Assembly (NCBI GenBank): GCA_964423515.1
Contig: CAYRFL010000007.1
Location: 1,448 to 65,447, forward strand
DNA from: an uncultured archaeon
GTDB lineage: Archaea > Thermoplasmatota > Penumbrarchaeia > JASLWR01
DNA: 64,000 nucleotides
Reading direction: 5' to 3'
Below the pieces are notes generated by a model that saw only the letters and a program-made list of their open reading frames with translations, was not told the DNA's origin and did not search any database. Each line of letters begins with the position of its first letter. The first letter of the stretch is position 1. This document shows positions 53,550 to 60,613 of this stretch, piece by piece. The position numbers and the translations under genes are program-made.

Positions 53550-53918
53550 CTAAAACGGAACTTCAAAAACATACCACACGGCCCTACCGTCCTTCCTGAC
53601 CTCCCGTATCACTCCCATATCCGACAGCGTCCGCAGATGATAGTGCACGGTCCTTACGGACCTGCCCCCTCCCTCGGCTATGGCCCTGGCATCGATCCCA
53701 GGATGTTTTCGAATAATCTTCACGATGATCTCCTGTGCCGGCGTGAGATGGGGTCCGCATCGTGTCTGTCCCGCGCGATAGTAGAGCCTGTACTTCCCCT
53801 GTTTTTCCGACACGATCATCCCGGCTTCCATGAGCTTTTCGAGGTGATATTTCAGCGTGCCGGAACCGATGCCGAGATTCCTTTCCAGCTCCCGAAAATG
53901 CTCCCCCGGGTGCTTCAC
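53550..53918 (-). CDS. stand-alone tandem winged-helix (ArsR-like) protein, homologous to the cytoplasmic tail of 9276..11330; start unresolved
   Basis: KHPGEHFRELERNLGIGSGTLKYHLEKLMEAGMI and LTPAQEIIVKIIRKHPGIDARAIAEGGGRSVRTVHYHLRTLSDMGVI. The domain homology (RIWRRIV) continues upstream of the GTG at 53918. Confidence 0.8.
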   Translation of the reverse strand: MKHPGEHFRELERNLGIGSGTLKYHLEKLMEAGMIVSEKQGKYRLYYRAGQTRCGPHLTPAQEIIVKIIRKHPGIDARAIAEGGGRSVRTVHYHLRTLSDMGVIREVRKDGRAVWYVFEVPF

Positions 53919-54122
53919 TATTCTTCTCCAGATCCTTTGTCGGTTGGCGCATTTCCAGAATGTGTTTTTTTTGGTACTCGATGTAACTTCCAGTGTGATC
54001 AGTATGTGTCATACCCCCGGTACGAATAAAGGATCATGTGTCCAGCGCTGCGATGAGCATTGATGAATAAAAAAGAGAAAGGACGGAGTTCCATACTCCG
54101 CCGCTTCTCGAAATTCCACTTC

Positions 54123-56558
54123 TCAATCGCTCTTTCGTACGGCCAGCGCCTTCTTCTCGTCGCCCGCCTCATAGCCGGCATCGTTCCCGTCGGAATCCGG
54201 TCCCTCCATCTCCTCCTGCTCGTCCAGAGGATTCCAGGATCGACTTCTGTTGGAGCTGTTGGTGTCATCGTCCTCCTCGGGCTCCTCCTCCGGTTCGGGG
54301 TCCGGCTCGTATTCATCCCCACCGTCGTTCTCGGGATTCCAGACGTTCTCGTCGTCCACCTCAACCAGAAAGCAGGTGTACTTCGTGAGAAAGTTGTACT
54401 GGCAGGAGAGCTCGATCACCCGCTCCCGCAGGTCCTGTCTCTCGCCGAACACCTCCATCTGCTCCAGTATGTTCTCGATCTGCTGGTATGCCCAGAGCCT
54501 GGCCACGAAGGGATTGCGGTTATCGCCCGACAGATAGATAGTATCCGTGAACCTTCGCTGGCCGTTCCTGCTCCGGGCATCGATTATGATGTCGATGGAA
54601 TCCGCTTCTACGAACCTTCCCGTTATCACTATGTCGGTTCCTGCGAAGAGATAGTCGGCGCTGGTCCTCGAAACGTCGCCGACCTCGTCGGAGAAGCTGA
54701 AGGTCAGCTGCTGAAGCAGCGGAGTGGATATGGTCTTGTAGAAGTCGGTTATCTGGGACGTGGCATCGCCATACTCGCTTATCTTGATCCCCTGGCCGAA
54801 GTTTTCCATGGATATCGCTCTGAGGAAATCGAAGTCCACGTCGCCGCCGAATCCCAGACAGAACACCGACGCGTGCATGGTATTGGCGCTCATGATATTA
54901 TCCCGGATCCTTGCGAGGGTCGTCTCTCCGGACGTGGGCTGTCCGTCCGTGAGCAGCACTACAATGGGGATGTAGTTGCTGCCAACGCCTTCGAGAAGAC
55001 CCATGGCGTCCAGGGCCGCCTGGTTGAAGTTCGTCCCGCCCGATGCGCTCATGCCGTTTATGAAGTTGACCGCGCTTGCCTTGTTCGTCTCGCTGGCCGC
55101 CATCATACCGGAGCTGTACTGGCTCACCGAGCTCGAGAAGGTGAGTATGTTGAACATGTCGTCCCCGGGCAGGTCGTCCACGATGTATGCGAAGGCGTTC
55201 CTGACCTGCGCTATCTTGTTTCCCGACATGGACCCGGACCGATCGATGACGAAGATTATCTGCTTGGGCACCGGCGCTTCCTCGAGAGCCGTGGCCGACG
55301 GGGAGAATCGGAGCAGGAAGTGGCCCTCGTCCCCGTTCTCGTGCACGGTCACGTCCCCCTGCAGGGCCGGCTCTCCCACGGTGTATCCGATGTTGAGGTC
55401 ATCCAGGCTCCACCTTGCCCTGCTTGTCCTCATACCCGCCGCCTGTGCCTCCGTGACCGTAAGATTCGAATGATATATCGGACCGGAGACGCCAAGATCG
55501 GAAAGCCCGCTCTGATGATATATGTCGAGTATGGTTATCAGCTCCTTGATCTCCTCGTTGGAGTTTATACCATGGAGGGGTACGGTATATTGGAACTCCC
55601 CGAGGTATCTGGCGAGGAACTTCTCGTACCGCAGATTGATCCCCATCACGGAGTTGGGGGGGACCCTGACGTTCATCTGAAGGCTGTCATCGTCGAGCCA
55701 CTGGATGAACACGGCCATGATATCGGGCCCGGTCATCTCGCTGACCTCGTCGGTCTTGGAGAATATCTTCGAGTAGTAGATAGCACCGTTCAGCTCCATC
55801 GTGAGGTTGGAGAGCATCGCGCCCTCCGGTATGGTGACCACGAAGCTCTTTTGCGTTATGTTCTGGCCGGGATTGCTCAGGCCGAACTGTATGTCGGTAA
55901 CGGCGTAGGAGTTGTCTATCGCCAGTTCGACCTTGAGGCGTGAGAGCTCGGTATCGTGGGACGTGCAGCCCCATCTCTCGGGGTAATCGAAAGGGTAGTC
56001 GATCTTTTCCGCGTTCGCATTGTTGATCGTACCATTGCCCTCCGCCTCCATTTGCTCCTCTTCCTCCTCCGTACCGGTGTCGCTTCCGTCATCGCCCGGA
56101 TATGACAGGTTCTCCTCGGGCTCCGTATCCTCCTTTATCGTCTCATTCTCTAAAGCATTTGGTTCGGGGCGGGGCGAAGAATACTCGAATTCTACCGAGG
56201 TATCGTTGTTTGCATCATCGTCGGCATCGTCCGCGTCCCCGTCGTCGGATTCTTCGCAGGGGACCTGCGGTGCGATTCCCTTATCATCATCGGTATCGGT
56301 CTTCTCCGGTTCGTTCCAGTTCGATTGGAATTCTCCGTTATCGCCGGAATAGGCATCCTTGTGATCGTACAGGTCCGCTTCTTCCTTGGATTCGATGCTC
56401 GGAGCAAGGTCATTTGTTCCGTCCTTATGCTTCATGTCCTCGACCACGGAGCTCCCGGAGGAGCTGCCCGTGGTACTCATGTACGTGATATAGGCCATGT
56501 TGGCGGCCAGCAGTACGAATACCACTATCATGGGTACGTAACTGATCTTTCGCTTCAT
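54123..56558 (-). CDS. VIT + von Willebrand factor A domain surface protein with N-terminal TM anchor and acidic linkers
   Basis: MKRKISYVPMIVVFVLLAANMAY. VIT-like LKVELAIDNSYAVTDIQFGL...LSNLTMELNG. vWA MIDAS motif IFVIDRSGSMSG. The ATG at 56558 is preceded by AAAGGAGGT. Confidence 0.9.
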   Translation of the reverse strand: MKRKISYVPMIVVFVLLAANMAYITYMSTTGSSSGSSVVEDMKHKDGTNDLAPSIESKEEADLYDHKDAYSGDNGEFQSNWNEPEKTDTDDDKGIAPQVPCEESDDGDADDADDDANNDTSVEFEYSSPRPEPNALENETIKEDTEPEENLSYPGDDGSDTGTEEEEEQMEAEGNGTINNANAEKIDYPFDYPERWGCTSHDTELSRLKVELAIDNSYAVTDIQFGLSNPGQNITQKSFVVTIPEGAMLSNLTMELNGAIYYSKIFSKTDEVSEMTGPDIMAVFIQWLDDDSLQMNVRVPPNSVMGINLRYEKFLARYLGEFQYTVPLHGINSNEEIKELITILDIYHQSGLSDLGVSGPIYHSNLTVTEAQAAGMRTSRARWSLDDLNIGYTVGEPALQGDVTVHENGDEGHFLLRFSPSATALEEAPVPKQIIFVIDRSGSMSGNKIAQVRNAFAYIVDDLPGDDMFNILTFSSSVSQYSSGMMAASETNKASAVNFINGMSASGGTNFNQAALDAMGLLEGVGSNYIPIVVLLTDGQPTSGETTLARIRDNIMSANTMHASVFCLGFGGDVDFDFLRAISMENFGQGIKISEYGDATSQITDFYKTISTPLLQQLTFSFSDEVGDVSRTSADYLFAGTDIVITGRFVEADSIDIIIDARSRNGQRRFTDTIYLSGDNRNPFVARLWAYQQIENILEQMEVFGERQDLRERVIELSCQYNFLTKYTCFLVEVDDENVWNPENDGGDEYEPDPEPEEEPEEDDDTNSSNRSRSWNPLDEQEEMEGPDSDGNDAGYEAGDEKKALAVRKSD

Positions 56559-56677
56559 TTTCCCTACCTCCTTTTTCCAGGTCTCGTCAGGTCGACAGAG
56601 GACCTCCCGGCAATGCCGGAAAACCATACTGCCCACCCGGTTCACCCGTCTACGATAAAAAGAGAGGTCGGAGGGTA

Positions 56678-56707
56678 TTATAATAAAGATTGGCACAATA
56701 ACTTCCA
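56678..56707 (-). promoter_or_regulatory. shared promoter block TGGAAGTTATTGTGCCAATCTTTATTATAA (minus-strand reading)
   Basis: 30 nt identical to 63780..63809, at the same approx. 120-nt distance from the ATG. Contains a TATA-like TTTATTATAA. Confidence 0.4.
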
Positions 56708-56729
56708 CGACCCCGGGGCACACGTGTGT

Positions 56730-56781
56730 ATTGTCAACGGTGCGAAGTTTGAAAGTAATTCAAAGTTCGCAGCTTGACAAT
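56730..56781. promoter_or_regulatory. 52-nt imperfect palindrome in the divergent intergenic region
   Basis: ATTGTCAA (56730..56737) pairs with TTGACAAT (56774..56781). GCGAAGTTTGAA (56742..56753) pairs with TTCAAAGTTCGC (56759..56770) with one mismatch. Confidence 0.35.
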
Positions 56782-56897
56782 GTTCGCGGGATCGCAGCCC
56801 GTAGGGACCGATTCCGCTGAATAAATGAAAAAAGGGATTAAGGAAATTATTTAATTGGTGTGGAACCTATCCTGTACCCCTGAAGGGAGGGATCCGA

Positions 56898-58376
56898 TTG
56901 GTCAAGTTCTTAACCGGCATGTCAAAGGAATTCGTAATGCTGAAGATGTTCAAGAAGAAGGAGGTCCGGAACCTCGATAAGAAGTTCCTCTTCTATCTGA
57001 GGGAATCCTCGAAATACGAGAAGTTCGTGGAGATCGACGGAAAGGTGGTGATGAACTCCCAGATGCCGCCCTTCGGCACGGTTGCATTCGACAGGTTCAT
57101 CAGCAGGATATCGCAGATGAAGAAGGGTGAGAAGTTCCCCCTGTCATGCAACATAGCGGTGACCAACCGATGCAACTATGACTGCTGGCACTGCAGCAAC
57201 TGGGGCCGCGAGGAGATCGAGGATTTTCCCCTGGAACTACTGAAAGACACCATCTGGAAGCTTCAGGACATGGGCAATTCCTTTATCGGCCTTACCGGGG
57301 GGGAGCCCACTCTCAGGGACGACCTCGAGGAGATCGTGGAGGCCATCGGCGACAAGTCACATACCATACTTTTCACCAACGGCGAGCGTTTGCCTTACGA
57401 GAGGGCCAGGGAATTGAAGAGGAGAGGTCTCTTCAGCGCTTCCATCAGCCTCGACCATCACACGGCCGAGGTACACGACAGGCTTCGCGGATACGAGGGA
57501 GCGTTCGACATTGCCGTGAAGGCCATCAAGGCCTCCAACAGGGCGGGTCTCTATACCATCGCGGGGGCGGTCCCGACCAGGGAGATGATAAACGCGGGGG
57601 AGGTGCCGGAGTATTATCGGTTCCTCAAGGATATCGGAGCGCACGAGGTGAGGGTCCTGGCGCCGATACCCACGGGGAGGCTGGTGGGAAACCAGGAAGC
57701 GAGATGGTGCGGCAGGGACGAGGAGAAGCAGATGTGGGAATACCACAAGAAGCTCAACAAGGATAAAAATTATCCCAAGATCAGCGAGTATTCGTATATC
57801 GAGAGCGAGGGGATACTTGGATGCATGGCCGGCACCTATCACATGTTCATCGAGAACGACGGCACGGTAACTCCCTGCGACATGATCCCACTCTCGTTCG
57901 GGAACGTGAAGGAGGAAGGGATCGAGGCCGCCTACAGGGCTATGTCGGAGAGGTACCAGATTCCAAGGCACGTATGCTATGTTCGGGCGGCACACGCCCT
58001 CTTCAAGAAGGGATTCGACAAGGAGGGACGTTTCCCGCTCTCCAGGGAGACCGCCATGGAGATCACGGGCAAGGTGAGGAACCGCAGAATGCCGGAGTTC
58101 TTCAAGAAGCTCGGAGTGCCCGAACCGGTGTTCGAGGAGAAGGTGGCAAAGAAGCCCAAAAGGGAGAACATCGACCTTCGTGGATTGGAATGCCCCGAGC
58201 CCGTATGGAAGACCCAGGACCGGATATGGGATATGGAGGCGGGAACCCTTGAGGTGCTAGTGGATAACGAGGATTCCAGGGACAACGTGAAAGCCACGGC
58301 CCAGGACGAGGGTTGGAGCGTGAAAGTACAGAACAAGGATGACGGGGAATACCTTTTGATACTGACAAAGAAGTGA
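56898..58376 (+). CDS. radical SAM enzyme (twitch/SPASM-like auxiliary Cys region) fused to a C-terminal TusA/SirA-like domain
   Basis: CNYDCWHC (CX3CX2C), LTGGEPTL and GCMAGTYHMFIENDGTVTPCD. The C-terminus IDLRGLECPEPVWKTQDRI..LEVLVDN carries the TusA CPxP motif. The TTG at 56898 follows GGGAGGG. Confidence 0.85.
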   Translation: MVKFLTGMSKEFVMLKMFKKKEVRNLDKKFLFYLRESSKYEKFVEIDGKVVMNSQMPPFGTVAFDRFISRISQMKKGEKFPLSCNIAVTNRCNYDCWHCSNWGREEIEDFPLELLKDTIWKLQDMGNSFIGLTGGEPTLRDDLEEIVEAIGDKSHTILFTNGERLPYERARELKRRGLFSASISLDHHTAEVHDRLRGYEGAFDIAVKAIKASNRAGLYTIAGAVPTREMINAGEVPEYYRFLKDIGAHEVRVLAPIPTGRLVGNQEARWCGRDEEKQMWEYHKKLNKDKNYPKISEYSYIESEGILGCMAGTYHMFIENDGTVTPCDMIPLSFGNVKEEGIEAAYRAMSERYQIPRHVCYVRAAHALFKKGFDKEGRFPLSRETAMEITGKVRNRRMPEFFKKLGVPEPVFEEKVAKKPKRENIDLRGLECPEPVWKTQDRIWDMEAGTLEVLVDNEDSRDNVKATAQDEGWSVKVQNKDDGEYLLILTKK

Positions 58377-58387
58377 GGGGATTTGAT

Positions 58388-58978
58388 ATGACGGAGGAAC
58401 TTGACCTGAGGGGCCTGAAGTGCCCGGAACCCGCCATCAGGACCGGGAAGGCCCTGCGGAATTCGGACGACCTCCTGGTGGTGGTGGATGACGAGACGGC
58501 GATTCAGAACATCTCCCGCGGCGTCAAGGCCCGCGGATACGAGGTGGACGTGGAGAGGTCCGGGAAGGACTGGTACATGCGCATCACCCGGGTCGAGGGG
58601 ACGTCCGGGAACGAGGTGGAGTTCGATCTTTCCTGTGCATTGGGTCCCACGATCCTCTTCTTTCCGGCAGATACCATAGGACGGGGGGACGACGAGTTGG
58701 GCGGGATATTGGTAAACTCCATAATATATTCCCTCCTTGAGCTTGAGAGCAGACCGGATGCCATCATATTCATGAACAGCGGCGTCAGGCTCGCGGTGAA
58801 GGGGGCCCGGCCCCTGGATGACCTGAAAAGACTGAACGAGGAAGGCGTCGATATCCTCGTATGCGGGACCTGCCTGGACTATTACGGCCTGAAGGATGAT
58901 CTGGCCGTAGGAGAGATATCCAATGCATATACCATCTCCGAGACCCTCCTTGGGGCCGGAAAGGTAGTGAGATTCTGA
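58388..58978 (+). CDS. yedF: YedF-like protein (TusA-like N-domain + DsrE-like C-domain)
   Basis: MTEELDLRGLKCPEPAIRTGKAL, then ILFFPADTIGRGDDELGGIL...IIFMNSGVRL...ILVCGTCLDYYGL. The ATG at 58388 follows GAGGGG. The track's GTG at 58373 overlaps the upstream stop codon. Confidence 0.8.
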   Translation: MTEELDLRGLKCPEPAIRTGKALRNSDDLLVVVDDETAIQNISRGVKARGYEVDVERSGKDWYMRITRVEGTSGNEVEFDLSCALGPTILFFPADTIGRGDDELGGILVNSIIYSLLELESRPDAIIFMNSGVRLAVKGARPLDDLKRLNEEGVDILVCGTCLDYYGLKDDLAVGEISNAYTISETLLGAGKVVRF

Positions 58979-59026
58979 GCCGGCGCACCGTCATTTTTGG
59001 AAAGATGCTCCTTTCGGGTGTGGATG

Positions 59027-60180
59027 ATGATATATTTCGATAATGCGGCGACTGGTTGGCCCAAGCCCAATTGCGTAATGGAGGCCATGAACGATTTTCT
59101 CGTCAACGTGGGCGCCAATCCGGGCCGCTCGGGCCATCGCCTTTCCGTGGAGGCAGGCAGGATCGTCTATCGTGCCCGGGAGAACGTCGCCAGGCTGTTC
59201 AACCTTGAGGATCCCCTGCGGGTGGTATTCTGTTCCAACGCCACCGCCGCCCTGAACCTGGGGATCAGGGGCATACTGGGAAAGGGCGATCACGTCATCA
59301 CCGGCAGCATGGAGCACAACTCGGTGATGCGCCCCCTTCAGGATGTCGGCCGCGAGGGAGTGAAGACAACGGTGGTCCAATGCGACGCCGAGGGTTTCCT
59401 CGACGCGGAGAAGATAAACGAGGCCATAAGACCAGATACGAGATTGATCGTGCTGAACCACGGTTCCAATATCGTTGGAAGCCTTGCCCCCGTAAGAAAG
59501 GTGGGAATCATCGCCCGTGACGCGAACGTACTGTTCATGATCGACAGCGCCCAGACGGCGGGATGCGTTCCCGTCGATATGGAAAGGGACAATATCGACA
59601 TGGTCGCCTTCACCGGTCACAAGGCTCTCATGGGCCCCCAGGGCACGGGCGGTCTCGTCATCGGCAGCGGCGTGGACGCGGGTCGCATAGAAAGAATGGG
59701 ATCGGGTGGGACTGGCAGCAGGTCCGAATCCGACGTTCACCCGGATTTCCTCCGGACAAGTACGAGAGCGGGACCCTCAACACCGTGGGTCTTGCCGGGC
59801 TTGCCGCAGGGATCGGATACGTTCTGGATCGAGGGGTGGAGCATATTCACGAGAAGAACACGGGTCTCGTAAGGAGGTTCATCCGGGGTGCTGCGGGCGT
59901 GGAAGGATTGAAACTGCATGGATGTTCGGAAGGTCGGGATAGGACCGCCACGGTCTCGTTCACCATGGATGATCTGTCACCGTCCGAACTGGGGCTGATA
60001 CTTGACGATGAATATGACATAATGAGTCGTGTGGGGCTTCACTGCGCTCCCAATGCGCACAGGACCATAGGTACGTTCCCGCAGGGGACCGTGAGGTTCG
60101 GCATGGGCTATTTCAACCGTCCGGAGGAAGTGGATGCTGCCATAGAGGCCCTGGGCGGTCTCGCGGTGGAAGGGCGATGA
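59027..60180 (+). pseudogene. class-V aminotransferase: cysteine desulfurase / selenocysteine-lyase-like, interrupted by an apparent -1 frameshift near 59752
   Basis: MIYFDNAATGWPKP, PLP-lysine FTGHKALMGPQG and active-site GLHCAPNAH. Frame 1 ends ..SESDVHPDFL and frame -1 continues PDKYESGTLNTVG. Joined, they give the expected DFLPDKYESGTLN. Confidence 0.75.
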
Positions 60181-60313
60181 TAGGGATGAGAATGATCGGG
60201 TGAGCAGGGATGGACTTCATGAAGCACGGAGTCAGCGGCTCCGCACGAGACTGTCGTGGATATACGTGATGAGGATATCACGAAACCCGGCTCCGGTAAA
60301 CAGGTGAGCAGAG

Positions 60314-60547
60314 ATGGACGATGATTATCTGGTGATCCTATTCGATTCCACAAACGGTGCCATTCGGGCCGAGCAGGTCGCGATCGATGCGGGGTTCGAG
60401 GTAAGATTGATACCGACGCCCCGTTATATCAGCACGGATTGCGGGGTGGTGCTGCGGATCCGGGAGAGGGACCGTGACGGGGTACTGAAAGAATTCCGTG
60501 CGAGGAAGGTGGACCACAACGAGGTCGTCCGTGCCAGGCCGAAATAG
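60314..60547 (+). CDS. DUF3343-like putative Se/S carrier protein
   Basis: 77 aa. The pattern LVILFDSTNGAIRAEQVAIDAGFEVRLIPTPRYISTDCGVVLRI, with its single conserved Cys, fits the family. Confidence 0.75.
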   Translation: MDDDYLVILFDSTNGAIRAEQVAIDAGFEVRLIPTPRYISTDCGVVLRIRERDRDGVLKEFRARKVDHNEVVRARPK

Positions 60548-60613
60548 AGGGAAATCGATATTCGTATGCCCGGCACGGCCCATATTCGATTCGATTATTC
60601 CATCACTGTTCCA

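Noticed and set aside
53584-54012. A 142-aa minus-strand ORF starting at the ATG at 54012.
   Set aside because: After the A8 tract its frame gives a featureless Gly/Arg/Ser-rich sequence. The overlapping frame carries two clear wHTH domains, so only its first approx. 16 codons may be real (see the A8 finding).
54060-55943. A 627-aa plus-strand ORF antisense to the VIT-vWA gene.
   Set aside because: It has no recognisable motif and a biased R/G/V/H composition. The minus strand carries a clear MIDAS (DRSGSMSG) and VIT domain and a good SD+ATG.
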